Positions 10,593 to 19,922 of a stretch of DNA of 45,371 bases are shown here, piece after piece. The stretch is from positions 1-45,371 of the forward strand of contig JBDRKI010000126.1 of NCBI GenBank assembly GCA_043814095.1, written 5' to 3'. The notes under the pieces were generated by a model. The model did not search any database. It saw only the letters and a program-made list of their open reading frames with translations, and was not told where the DNA came from. The DNA is from Armatimonadota bacterium (lineage in GTDB: Bacteria > Vulcanimicrobiota > JACPDS01 > JBDRKI01). The position numbers and the translations under genes were made by a program. Each line of letters opens with the position of its first letter. Position 1 is the stretch's first letter.

Positions 10593-11720
10593 TTAAGTTA
10601 TAAAATCAAGGTAGTTTTCTTTATTAATGACTTGGAATTCTGCGTTAGAATAGGTTTCCAGCCATTCTTTAGGCGCTTTTGGAATTTTGCCACTCCATTT
10701 AAATTCATACCCGAAAAGCTTTCCTTCGCGCTCCTCTATCATATCAATTTCTTTTTGATCCCATGTGCGCCAGAAATAATTATTACTGTAAATATTTTTA
10801 TATGTCTGTTTTTTAATCCGCTCTATAAAAAGAAAGTTTTCCCATAATTTTCCTATATCATCTCTGAGCTCCAATGAATTAAAATTTGCAATAATGGAAT
10901 TGCGGATACCGTTGTCATAAAAATAATATTTGCTTTTTTTAGCAATTTCTTTCCTTAAATTACGGCTGAAACCGCGTAAGTTATAAACAACGAAGGCTTT
11001 TTCTAAAATATCAAGATAACGGCTAACTGTCTTATAATCAATTCCCAGCTGCTGACCGAGCTCCGTTAATGAAACTTCGCTGCCTATCTGAAATGCAAGT
11101 AAACGAAGTAAATCAAGCAGTATTTTAGGACTTTTAATCCTTTCATGTTCCAAAACATCCTTAAGTAAATAAGACCCTGTGATCTCATTTATTATTTTTG
11201 TTTTATCCTTTTTATATCTTGAAGTGATAACCTCAGGATATGATCCGTATATTAAATATTCTTCTAAGTTTTCTTTTAATTCATATTGATTATACAGATT
11301 CAAAAGCTCTATTTGAGATATAGGATACAATGTTAAAGTTATTTTTCTGCCGGTTAAAGGCTCGCCAACCTGACCTGCTAATTCAAAAGAAGAAGAACCT
11401 GTAGCTATAATCTTAATTCCGAGTATATGGTCAACCATAATTTTTAAATTTTGACCTATATTTTCAATCTCTTGGGCTTCATCTATCGCAATTAATTCAT
11501 AACCGGCGGCATATTCCTTTATGATAGAAAAATCATTACTGCTTAACGCTTCCTGAACCCTAATATCATCCCCTGAAACAAGTTTGTATCTAAGATTGGT
11601 ATTAGATAAAAAATCTTCCAAAAGAGTAGTTTTGCCAACTTGTCTTGGTCCGTAAATAATGAGCACTTTATTAGGATTTAAATAATCTTCTAGTTTCTGA
11701 TATATTCTTGGTATTTTCAT
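10593..11720 (-). CDS. AAA+ ATPase with wHTH and DUF4143 PD-(D/E)xK-like domain (COG1373)
   Basis: Walker A GPRQVGKT, Walker B IDEAQ, ATGSSS, LTGR, GSYPE, K.YFYDNGIRN, WENF, YFWRT...EID...EFKW. Confidence 0.9.
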   Translation of the reverse strand: MKIPRIYQKLEDYLNPNKVLIIYGPRQVGKTTLLEDFLSNTNLRYKLVSGDDIRVQEALSSNDFSIIKEYAAGYELIAIDEAQEIENIGQNLKIMVDHILGIKIIATGSSSFELAGQVGEPLTGRKITLTLYPISQIELLNLYNQYELKENLEEYLIYGSYPEVITSRYKKDKTKIINEITGSYLLKDVLEHERIKSPKILLDLLRLLAFQIGSEVSLTELGQQLGIDYKTVSRYLDILEKAFVVYNLRGFSRNLRKEIAKKSKYYFYDNGIRNSIIANFNSLELRDDIGKLWENFLFIERIKKQTYKNIYSNNYFWRTWDQKEIDMIEEREGKLFGYEFKWSGKIPKAPKEWLETYSNAEFQVINKENYLDFIT

Positions 11721-11726
11721 AAGTAT

Positions 11727-11767
11727 ATTATAACAAAATCCTTAAAATATGTCAATTTTGAGGATTT
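11727..11767 (-). promoter_or_regulatory. Consensus sigma-70 promoter overlapped by an inverted-repeat operator; leaderless start
   Basis: Minus strand TTGACA-17 nt-TATAAT (with extended TG), 6 nt, then ATG. Inverted repeat AAATCCTTAAAAT-N6-ATTTTGAGGATTT (12/13 match) at 11736-11767. Confidence 0.75.
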
Positions 11768-11790
11768 ACACTCCTTGAAATAATATTATT

Positions 11791-13551
11791 TCAAGGAATT
11801 TGCTGCTGTTCCGCTATATATATTCTTAATCCGTCCGCTATGCCTTCGGCTATCTTCTGTCTGAATTCAGGGTCCGCAAGAAGCTTTGCTTCCTTATAAT
11901 TAGACATAAACCCGCACTCAATTAAAGCCGCGGGCATTTTTGTAAGTCTTAAAACATAAAACCTCGCCCTTATAACGCCTTTATCGGCAAGCCCCATCCT
12001 GGGCACCATAGCTTTCTGCAGTGCCACGGCTAAATCATGATCAATCTTTTTATACCAGAAATTCATTGTGCCGTTTTTGGATGTATCATACATGGCGTTG
12101 CAGTGCACGCTTATAAATATATCCGCTTTCATGTCATTTGCTATCTTGGCCCTTGCTCCAAGCTCCTGGGCAGCGGACGCTTCCGCGCTTGTCACGTCTT
12201 CATCCTCATCGCGCGTCATTATGACATTCCAGCCTTCTCTGATAAGTATGTCTCTTAACCTTCTTGAAATATCAAGATTTAAAGTTTTCTCGTAAATGCC
12301 GAGCGACCTGTTTATGGCGCCGGTATCAGAACCGCCGTGCCCGGGATCAATGCAGATAATCTTACCTTTGGCGGGAAAAGATGTAACCCCTGCGCCGGTA
12401 TAAGCCATATCTTCTTCTTTCTGGTCTTCTTCTTTAACCTCTACCAGCAATTGATTAGCGCCTTCACTGTACACATTACAGACCGCGGGCCTTTTAAAAT
12501 TAAGAACAATCCTTGTTATGGGTTTCGGATCTTTCTGGAACTGGGCAACTTTAACCAGTTTAAGATACTCGCTCCCGTCAATCTCAAAACTTTTTGCTTT
12601 ATCGGTCAGTATCCCGTTAGGGATATCTATAAACATCCTGTTATCCGGGGGTTTTAACCGGTGCCACTGGTACTGGAAAGGAGCGTCAGACTCAATCTTA
12701 ACGAGAAAACCGTCCTTATACTGCTTAACGCCTACTTCTTTTATCCTTGCTTTGCCGAAATTGGCTATAGATGTAGTTACTTTGGGGAGAGAAAGCGTAA
12801 AAACCACCTGGTTTAAATAAGTGCGGGGCTGGGCCTCGACCTCTATGTCCTTATCAAGAGGAATAACAAACCTTACTATATTGGGCTTTGCGTTAAACTG
12901 GCTGAATTTAATTATCCCTGTTTCTTCATTGCCTGCTTCTTTCTTATCAAGAACCAGAATCGCGTTCTGAACATCCAAAACATATCTCTGGGGGGAACGC
13001 AGGTAAAAATAATTATAATTTACAGGACCCGTAGCGTTTATCTTTAAAGTATAGCGGGAGCCGTCTTTTATAAGATCAACAGACGCAATCATGGGATCGC
13101 AGTAGTATTTACCTTTTTCGCTGTCATAAACAATCTGGCCGCCCATAAGTTTAAAAAGAACTTTCATCGGGAGATAAAGTTTCTCTTTATAAATTATTGA
13201 TTCCAGAGCAAGATCCGATACTTCCTTATTAACTTCCAGCTGCATTTTTTCTAAATTTAATCTGTATTCATCGGCATCTTTGGTGATTATAATAATTTTT
13301 TCTTTGTCATCTATTTTGTAATTAGCGCCCAGTTTCGCAGCCGCCTGAGGTATTTTAGGATCAAAGGCGGATATATAGATCTCTTCTTCCATGGCCTTCT
13401 GCACCGTATTAAAATCAAAAATTTCCCCGGAGACCGACATTTTTATTACTTCTTCCTTTGGCTTTAAAATATCGCTCTGGGCCAGCGCAAAACCCGCCAG
13501 AAGAGATATTATAATTAATGTATGTAAAATTAATTTAACTCTATACTTCAT
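11791..13551 (-). CDS. N-acetylmuramoyl-L-alanine amidase (Amidase_3) with stalk/copper-amine-oxidase-N-like and two AMIN domains
   Basis: Signal peptide. Two AMIN-like units (L..P.R.V.D...QF...VR.V). Catalytic IDPGHGG, YEK, SVHCN, LIECGFMSN. Confidence 0.9.
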   Translation of the reverse strand: MKYRVKLILHTLIIISLLAGFALAQSDILKPKEEVIKMSVSGEIFDFNTVQKAMEEEIYISAFDPKIPQAAAKLGANYKIDDKEKIIIITKDADEYRLNLEKMQLEVNKEVSDLALESIIYKEKLYLPMKVLFKLMGGQIVYDSEKGKYYCDPMIASVDLIKDGSRYTLKINATGPVNYNYFYLRSPQRYVLDVQNAILVLDKKEAGNEETGIIKFSQFNAKPNIVRFVIPLDKDIEVEAQPRTYLNQVVFTLSLPKVTTSIANFGKARIKEVGVKQYKDGFLVKIESDAPFQYQWHRLKPPDNRMFIDIPNGILTDKAKSFEIDGSEYLKLVKVAQFQKDPKPITRIVLNFKRPAVCNVYSEGANQLLVEVKEEDQKEEDMAYTGAGVTSFPAKGKIICIDPGHGGSDTGAINRSLGIYEKTLNLDISRRLRDILIREGWNVIMTRDEDEDVTSAEASAAQELGARAKIANDMKADIFISVHCNAMYDTSKNGTMNFWYKKIDHDLAVALQKAMVPRMGLADKGVIRARFYVLRLTKMPAALIECGFMSNYKEAKLLADPEFRQKIAEGIADGLRIYIAEQQQIP

Positions 13552-13560
13552 ATATGCAAC

Positions 13561-14490
13561 CTATTTATACAGTTCGTCAAGATAAATAAATTCCACCGTG
13601 GCTTTATTCTCATCATAAAACTTTTTTACCGCCAGAGCGGTATTTTTTCTGGCATGGCCTATCCCCACCGCGTAACCTTGATTCTCCGCAATCGGGAGCA
13701 TACCTTCAAGCTGTATTAAAATGTAATCGGGATTGTCTTCATTATCCAGGAAAACATCCCTTACGTGTATCCGCATCCCCAGATTCCTACCGACTCTCGG
13801 GACAGCCGAATAATATGAAGTCCTTGAATCAAGATAAAACAATCCTTTTCTTTTACAGTCTTCCAGAATGGCTTTCATAAGATAATAATTTTCCGTTGCC
13901 TTTGATCCCTCGTGGTTATTAACACCCGAGGCATACGGCACAGATCTTAAAGCCTCTGCAAATCTTTTCTGTATCTGGTCTTTTGTCATGTCCGTGGTTA
14001 TGGTGCCGGGGATGGCTTTTCTGCCTTCCTTCACTGCGGATTCAAGAGGAAGATGAAGTATAACGCATCTGCCGGCTTTATGGGCGATATCGGCAACCTT
14101 GGCGGAATACGGCGTATCCGGCAGAATAGAAAAAGTTACAGGTACTTCCGTCCTTATGAATTCGCCGGCTACGGGCAGGTTGTACCCGAAATCATCAATT
14201 ACAATTACGATTTTATCCTTTTTCGCGGGGGTTCTTCCTGGAACCGGGGCTGTTTTTCTTTTTTCCGCGGACGCCTTTTTCTCCGGAGGCTGATCTTTAT
14301 TTTTTTCTATAACTTTAACGGCCGGTTTTTTATCAATCTTTTTTTCGGCATGTTTTTTTGATTTGAAAAACACAAAACTTAACATGAATAATACAATCAG
14401 GAATATAAAAAACCAGATTACCCGCGCGTAATTACCGTTATGCTCTTTATTTCTTCTGATTTTTTTCATATTGTTTTGTTTGTATTTCAT
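13561..14490 (-). CDS. Divergent polysaccharide deacetylase (YibQ family), membrane anchored
   Basis: IVIDDFG, HLPLE, NNHEGS, FYLDSRT, RDVFLDN and GIGH motifs; N-terminal TM helix. Start could be 14469. Confidence 0.9.
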   Translation of the reverse strand: MKYKQNNMKKIRRNKEHNGNYARVIWFFIFLIVLFMLSFVFFKSKKHAEKKIDKKPAVKVIEKNKDQPPEKKASAEKRKTAPVPGRTPAKKDKIVIVIDDFGYNLPVAGEFIRTEVPVTFSILPDTPYSAKVADIAHKAGRCVILHLPLESAVKEGRKAIPGTITTDMTKDQIQKRFAEALRSVPYASGVNNHEGSKATENYYLMKAILEDCKRKGLFYLDSRTSYYSAVPRVGRNLGMRIHVRDVFLDNEDNPDYILIQLEGMLPIAENQGYAVGIGHARKNTALAVKKFYDENKATVEFIYLDELYK

Positions 14491-14501
14491 TTATTTTAAA
14501 A

Positions 14502-14527
14502 AGGATTTTTTTTAGAAATAATTGAAT
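14502..14527 (+). promoter_or_regulatory. Putative sigma-H-like promoter (AGGA-N18-GAAT), probably leaderless
   Basis: AGGA at 14502, GAAT at 14524, ATG 9 nt later, no RBS. Confidence 0.5.
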
Positions 14528-14536
14528 TATTAAGCC

Positions 14537-16033
14537 ATGAAAAAAATTACTCTGTTTATAACTTTCGCGTCTGTTTTAATATTCATATCATCCTGTCCCC
14601 TGTACGCGGACTCCCCCGCGCATTTTAAAATCCTGGAACCTCAGGGTATTGTTTCTGTTTCCCCGGGAGACATATTGAATATAAAGTTTCAAGCGCCGGA
14701 AGGCGGAAGATGCAGCTGCAGTCTTACGCCTTATCTTAAAAACGCGCCGACAGAAGAAGTATCCCCGGGCATATACGAAGCATCCCTCGGCATACCTTAT
14801 TATATTCGCTATTTATCCTCCTCTGACCTTTTTATAACCTATAAAGATAAAGAAGGCGGGGAAATTTCAATAAAATATCCCTGGAAAATAAATTACTTAA
14901 CCGATCCCGTACCTGCGGTTGTTAAAACAACATCGGACCAGTACCAGCTGCGCGCAGGTCCGTCCACGGATTACGACAGAATCGCCTACATGCTCAAAGA
15001 CACAAAATTCAGCGTAAATAAAAGGATTGGAGACTGGTTCAGATTGTCTACCCATCCTCACGGCTTATGGGTAAACAAAGAATTTTTAGAAATAACGCCC
15101 CGGGGAACCGTTCCCGATTATAATCTCATAAAATACATCACGGTAAAAAACAACGATAAATCCGCGGATATAATATTTACCATGACAAATAAGTGCGCTT
15201 ACTCAATAAACAGCTGTAAAAATTCTCTCTTTATCACTTTTTACAATACCGCGTCAAATATTCTTGAGACAAGATATGATCTGCACAATAATTTAATAGA
15301 TGAGGTAACCGTTCTTGAAAGCGCGCAAAATTACGTTAAATTCCGCGCAGACTGCGGTTCCAAAATTTTATGGGGTTATGAAACGGATTATAATCCCGAG
15401 AATAAAAAATTTACGCTAAAGCTAAGGAAGCCTCCAGCGGACACATCATCACTGAAGGATAAAGTTATAATACTTGACGCCGGCCACGGCGGTAAAGATC
15501 CCGGCGCGGTAGGGCCTTCGGGATATACGGAAAAAGAGGCAAACCTAGAGATAACGCTCAAGCTTAAAGAAATGCTTGAAGAAAGCGGGGCAAAAGTTAT
15601 ACTGACCCGCAAGGGCGATAATGAGCTGACACCGCCTGATTCAAAAGGCGCCGAGGAACTGCAGGCAAGATGCGATATAAATAAAAACAACTCAGGCGTC
15701 ATAGCCGTAAGCATACATAATAATTCTCATCCCAATGAAGAGAAACGGAAAACCCTTACCAATACCGATATTTACTTTTACCACAGCCAGAGCAAGCTCC
15801 TTGCCGATACAATCGCGAAAAACACAGGCAAAGCTTTAAACAAAGAAAATTACTTTTCTTTGAACAGGTCTTTTTACCTTATAAGGCAGACGGATTCCCC
15901 GAGCGTTCTGGCCGAAGTAACTTTCATATCAAACCCGGATGAAGAGAAAAAATTAAAAGATCCCGCGTACCGGCAGAAAGCCGCTTTAGGGATATATAAC
16001 GGGATAAAGGAATACTTTGAATTATCCCAGTAG
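14537..16033 (+). CDS. N-acetylmuramoyl-L-alanine amidase (Amidase_3) with SH3b-like domain
   Basis: Signal peptide. SH3b-like LRAGPSTDY...GDWFRL...WV. Catalytic LDAGHGG, TEK, SIHNN, LAEVTFISN. Confidence 0.88.
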   Translation: MKKITLFITFASVLIFISSCPLYADSPAHFKILEPQGIVSVSPGDILNIKFQAPEGGRCSCSLTPYLKNAPTEEVSPGIYEASLGIPYYIRYLSSSDLFITYKDKEGGEISIKYPWKINYLTDPVPAVVKTTSDQYQLRAGPSTDYDRIAYMLKDTKFSVNKRIGDWFRLSTHPHGLWVNKEFLEITPRGTVPDYNLIKYITVKNNDKSADIIFTMTNKCAYSINSCKNSLFITFYNTASNILETRYDLHNNLIDEVTVLESAQNYVKFRADCGSKILWGYETDYNPENKKFTLKLRKPPADTSSLKDKVIILDAGHGGKDPGAVGPSGYTEKEANLEITLKLKEMLEESGAKVILTRKGDNELTPPDSKGAEELQARCDINKNNSGVIAVSIHNNSHPNEEKRKTLTNTDIYFYHSQSKLLADTIAKNTGKALNKENYFSLNRSFYLIRQTDSPSVLAEVTFISNPDEEKKLKDPAYRQKAALGIYNGIKEYFELSQ

Positions 16034-18031
16034 AGCGAAATAACTGATTACAAAACGGGCGGCAACGCCCGCCAGAATTGCCATAATTACCGTGAAAATT
16101 GTTATGTAAGCCGTGCGCTTAAGACCTATCTCTTTAAACAATACCGCTATAGTGGCAAGACACGGTATATAAATCGTGTTAACAAGAACAAATATATATA
16201 TCTGCTGTTTGGTCATAAAACTCAAAAGGCTCGCTCTTGCAGATTCACCGTACTGGTTTACGGCAAGGGTAACCAGAAAAATAAGAGCAAGTTCTTTCCT
16301 TATAACGGCAAATATAAGCGTAAGCCCCGCAACGGCCGGAAGGCCCAGCATATCTTCAATAACGAATTTAAACGGCTTTGCAAACTGCCATATAAGCCCG
16401 GTTTCATAGATAAGCCCAAGTATTATACTGCCGATTATGATAATGGGCATGGCCACGAATACAAAGTCGCGGAACCTCTGCCAGGTTTTAAGCAAAACTA
16501 TCCTTAAGACAGGCATACGAAGATCCGACACTTCCATAACAAGCCCCAGGGCAGACCCTTTCAATATCTTGTTTAGGAAATACCCGCTTACCGCGATTAA
16601 TAAAAATGAAACGGCAAAAACAGACAACGCCCATAAAGGGCCCAGGAAAAAAGCCACCGCGCCCATAATCACCGCGACCCTCGCGCTGCAGGGAATAAGG
16701 GTTATAAGGAATGAGGCTATGAATTTTTCACGCATGCTGTTTAGGACTTTGACGCCCATTATCGCCGGCACATTGCACCCGAATCCGGCGACAAGCATAA
16801 TAGACGCTCGTCCGTGAAGCCCGAATTTATGCATAATCTTATCCACAAGAAAAGCCATTACGTTTAAATAACCGGTATCTTCCAGAAAGCCCAGTATAAA
16901 ATAAAAGAGGAATACATAAGGTATGCCTATCGTAAGGGATGCGAGTATCCCCTCGTTAAACGCGGAATTTAAAATTTCTCCCCAGAAGGCGCCGAACACC
17001 CCGAGAAAGAATGTTTTCATCGGAGTATAAATAAAAGCCGCCCAGAAACAGTCTATCCAGCCCGATAAAACAGGTCCTATATAATACAGTATCCCGAAAA
17101 CAGATATAAAAACCAGAAATAAAACGGCGGTCCCCCAGACAGGGCTTGTTATAAAATTAAAAAGACGGCTTTCTTTATAATGATACTGTATGGAAATAAT
17201 CTGGCATTCTTCAACGATATCTTCTGCCAGTTTGTTTCTCTCGTCCGCAAGGATAAGCCTGGTATCTTTACCGAATTTTTTCTCAGCGTTCTGCCAGATC
17301 TTTTCTATTTTCTCATAAACTTCCGGATTCTTTTTTATAATATTTACAATCCTGTCGTCTTTCTCAAAAAGAAGCACCGCGCATCCGAACGCATCAAGCG
17401 GTATGTCTATTTTATCTTTAGAAGTTTTTATTACGGAAAAAATCTCATTTATGAATTCCTCAACTTCTTTTCCGTAGCTTATTTTTCTTGAGGGTTTATC
17501 CCTGTATTTTGCGGTGCTTACCGCCGCGCCTACAAGCTTTTTTAAACCCACTCCTCTTGTTGCGACTGTTTCAATAATATCAATGCCGAGCATATTTGAA
17601 AGTTTATGCTTATCTATATAAATACCGCGCCTGTGCGCTTCATCGGTAAGGTTTAAAGCCGCAACAAGCGGGTACCCCAAATCAATAAGCTGGAGCAGCA
17701 TATAAAGGTTTCTCTTTATATTGGTGGCGTCCGCGATATAAATAACGCTGTCAAACCCGCAATCAATAAGGGCTTCCCTGGCAACCCACTGGTCTTCGGT
17801 AACAGCCCCCAAAGAATAGGTGCCGGGAAGATCAACAAGTCCAACTTCTATATCATCAATCATTGTCCGGGCAATGTTTAAACTTACCGTTTTCCCGGGA
17901 TAATTAGCGGTATCAACACATTCTGATGTCAGACTGTTAAAAACCGTGGATTTTCCCACATTGGGGTTGCCGGCAAGAGCGCAGATATACCTGCATTCTT
18001 TACGCAGTTCTTCTATATTTGCTTTACCCAT
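16022..18031 (-). CDS. feoB: Ferrous iron transporter B
   Basis: G1 GNPNVGKS, NYPGKTV, G3 DLPGTYSL, G4 NLTD. Membrane domain with LEDTGY, GLHG, GFGCNVPA, PCSAR, RKE, YIPCLAT. Confidence 0.95.
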   Translation of the reverse strand: MGKANIEELRKECRYICALAGNPNVGKSTVFNSLTSECVDTANYPGKTVSLNIARTMIDDIEVGLVDLPGTYSLGAVTEDQWVAREALIDCGFDSVIYIADATNIKRNLYMLLQLIDLGYPLVAALNLTDEAHRRGIYIDKHKLSNMLGIDIIETVATRGVGLKKLVGAAVSTAKYRDKPSRKISYGKEVEEFINEIFSVIKTSKDKIDIPLDAFGCAVLLFEKDDRIVNIIKKNPEVYEKIEKIWQNAEKKFGKDTRLILADERNKLAEDIVEECQIISIQYHYKESRLFNFITSPVWGTAVLFLVFISVFGILYYIGPVLSGWIDCFWAAFIYTPMKTFFLGVFGAFWGEILNSAFNEGILASLTIGIPYVFLFYFILGFLEDTGYLNVMAFLVDKIMHKFGLHGRASIMLVAGFGCNVPAIMGVKVLNSMREKFIASFLITLIPCSARVAVIMGAVAFFLGPLWALSVFAVSFLLIAVSGYFLNKILKGSALGLVMEVSDLRMPVLRIVLLKTWQRFRDFVFVAMPIIIIGSIILGLIYETGLIWQFAKPFKFVIEDMLGLPAVAGLTLIFAVIRKELALIFLVTLAVNQYGESARASLLSFMTKQQIYIFVLVNTIYIPCLATIAVLFKEIGLKRTAYITIFTVIMAILAGVAARFVISYFALLG

Positions 18032-18663
18032 ATTTTATCCGCTATTTCCTTCCCTACCGCGTATTTAGACTTCCCGACCTTTATAAGCATCGGCCCGTTA
18101 AACGGCGCTATCTGTTCAATATATACGTGAGCGTCCGGGATGAGTCCCAATGTCGCGAGATAGCATAAAAATTCTTTTGATTCGTCCGTTATCTTGGCCA
18201 CAATACCTCTTTGTTTGGCTTTTAAACACGAGAGCAGCTTTATGTTCTTTTCTTCTTTTAAAACACTGTGTCTGGGTATCGGGTTCCCGTGCGGGCATGT
18301 GTCGGGATTTTTTAAAACCTTTTCAAGCGCGTCAGCTACCTTATCGCTTAAAACATGTTCAAACCTGCATGCTTCTTCATGCACGTCGTCCCATCTCAGC
18401 CTTAAAACATCGGTAAAAAATCTTTCGGCAAGGCGGTGCTTCCTTATTATGTTAAGGGCTTCTTTCTCGCCTTTTCTTGTAAGAGTAAGTTCTTTTTTGT
18501 CTTTATCTATCAAGCCGTCTTCTTTTAACTTCTTAACCATCTCTGAAGTAGTTGACGAAGAGAGCCCCAGCTCATGGGCCAAAGAAGCGGACTTAACGGA
18601 ATCTGTTTCCTGGCTGAGCTTATAAAGCTGTTCTAAGTATTCTTCTCTTTTTTCGGTAGTCAT
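18013..18663 (-). CDS. DtxR/IdeR/MntR-family metal-dependent repressor with C-terminal FeoA/SH3 domain
   Basis: EEYL wHTH, RKHRLAERF, HEEACRFEH, CPHGNPIP, and a FeoA-like C terminus (LATLGLIPD...APFNGP). GGAGG RBS. Confidence 0.93.
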   Translation of the reverse strand: MTTEKREEYLEQLYKLSQETDSVKSASLAHELGLSSSTTSEMVKKLKEDGLIDKDKKELTLTRKGEKEALNIIRKHRLAERFFTDVLRLRWDDVHEEACRFEHVLSDKVADALEKVLKNPDTCPHGNPIPRHSVLKEEKNIKLLSCLKAKQRGIVAKITDESKEFLCYLATLGLIPDAHVYIEQIAPFNGPMLIKVGKSKYAVGKEIADKIWVKQI

Positions 18664-18722
18664 ATACTGCCTCCAAATACCACAAACAAACGGAGATGTA
18701 AATAACGGTATATAGTTAAATT

Positions 18723-18771
18723 ATTGTTCGGCCTACCGAATAATTATAACTCGGATATACGTAAAAGTAAA
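18723..18771 (-). promoter_or_regulatory. Sigma-70 promoter plus palindromic DtxR-family operator
   Basis: Minus strand TTTACT-17 nt-TATAAT (18771-18743). Palindrome ATTGTTCGG-CCTA-CCGAATAAT at 18723-18744 abuts the -10 element. Confidence 0.7.
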
Positions 18772-18859
18772 CAGAAGTATTATAAAATTCTGGGCAACAA
18801 GCATGAAAAACGCAATATAAGGAAAATAAAATCACGGATTTGAATAAAGTTTAATGCAT

Positions 18860-19864
18860 TTAAAGAGACGAGATGGTATATTTGACGGATTTATGGTGCC
18901 CAATTCTTTCGATTATGCCATGCTTAATAAGGGGTTTAAGAACATAATGCGCGCCGGGAATAGTTGTCCCAAGCGCTTTGGCTATATCGCGAATTCCAAT
19001 CATTCCGCGCTCCTGCAATATTCGTAAAAATTTTTCTTGCTTTAGGGTAAGCGAAATATTGGCTCCGTCGCCGATGCCGGTTGATAATATGCGATTATAA
19101 ATCCGCTCAAGAGTTTCTAAAATCGCCTCCGACATAAATTCCAGCCATGCGTCAAGAGGATATTTTTCCAATTGAATTTTCTGAAGGTTTTTAATATAAA
19201 AATCTCGATTTTCCAACAGAACTTCATCAAGTGAAAAAATATGTAAAGTGTCAAAACTCCTTCTGTATAACTCCCATGTTGCAAGCGCTCTTGCGCATCT
19301 GCCGTTGCCGTCTCTAAAGGGATGGATATTTACAAACTGCAAATGCAACAGTGAAGACGAAAAAACAGCGGGAAGTTCTTTGGATTTATTGTTTAACCAA
19401 TCAAGCATCTCTTTCATTAAATGCGGGACTTTCTTCCAATCAGGCGCATAATATATGCCGGCTCTTACATTTACTTTTCTATATTCCCCGGGCATGCCTT
19501 CGTCAATGGCGCCTTCCGCTATAACTTTGTGCAGCTTCATAATATCTTTTTCGGTTACAACGGATTTTTTTTCGTTTTTAGTTATCCATTGAATCGCGTT
19601 TATGTAGTTTTTTGCCATATTGATATGTTTTTCGGGATAACCTGAAACTTTTTTGCCTTCAAAGAGCAACTTTATCGCTTCTAGCGAAAGCGTACAGCCT
19701 TCTATTGCTGTAGAACCATGAGTTGAGCGGATTATTGCATCGCACACCAATGACGGCATCCAAGCAAGTTTTATGCTTGAAGTTTGTATTTTAGAACGAA
19801 GTTCAGCAATTTTTTCCAACAAATCTAATGTCCTGTTGTTTACCTTAAAGTTTGGTTTCCACAT
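18860..19864 (-). CDS. Fic family protein (class II, N-terminal autoinhibitory helix) with C-terminal wHTH
   Basis: Fic motif HPFRDGNGRCAR; inhibitory (S/T)xxxE(G/N) motif STAIEG; C-terminal HTH. Confidence 0.92.
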   Translation of the reverse strand: MWKPNFKVNNRTLDLLEKIAELRSKIQTSSIKLAWMPSLVCDAIIRSTHGSTAIEGCTLSLEAIKLLFEGKKVSGYPEKHINMAKNYINAIQWITKNEKKSVVTEKDIMKLHKVIAEGAIDEGMPGEYRKVNVRAGIYYAPDWKKVPHLMKEMLDWLNNKSKELPAVFSSSLLHLQFVNIHPFRDGNGRCARALATWELYRRSFDTLHIFSLDEVLLENRDFYIKNLQKIQLEKYPLDAWLEFMSEAILETLERIYNRILSTGIGDGANISLTLKQEKFLRILQERGMIGIRDIAKALGTTIPGAHYVLKPLIKHGIIERIGHHKSVKYTISSL

Positions 19865-19880
19865 GATATCCCCTTATTTC

Positions 19881-19914
19881 TTGCATAAAGTTTGCATAAA
19901 GTTTTACATAAAGT
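19881..19914. repeat. Three tandem 11-bp direct repeats TT(G/A)CATAAAGT upstream of fic
   Basis: TTGCATAAAGT at 19881-19891 and 19892-19902, TTACATAAAGT at 19904-19914. A fourth variant, TTGAATAAAGT, at 18840-18850. Confidence 0.75.
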
Positions 19915-19922
19915 CCCGGGTA

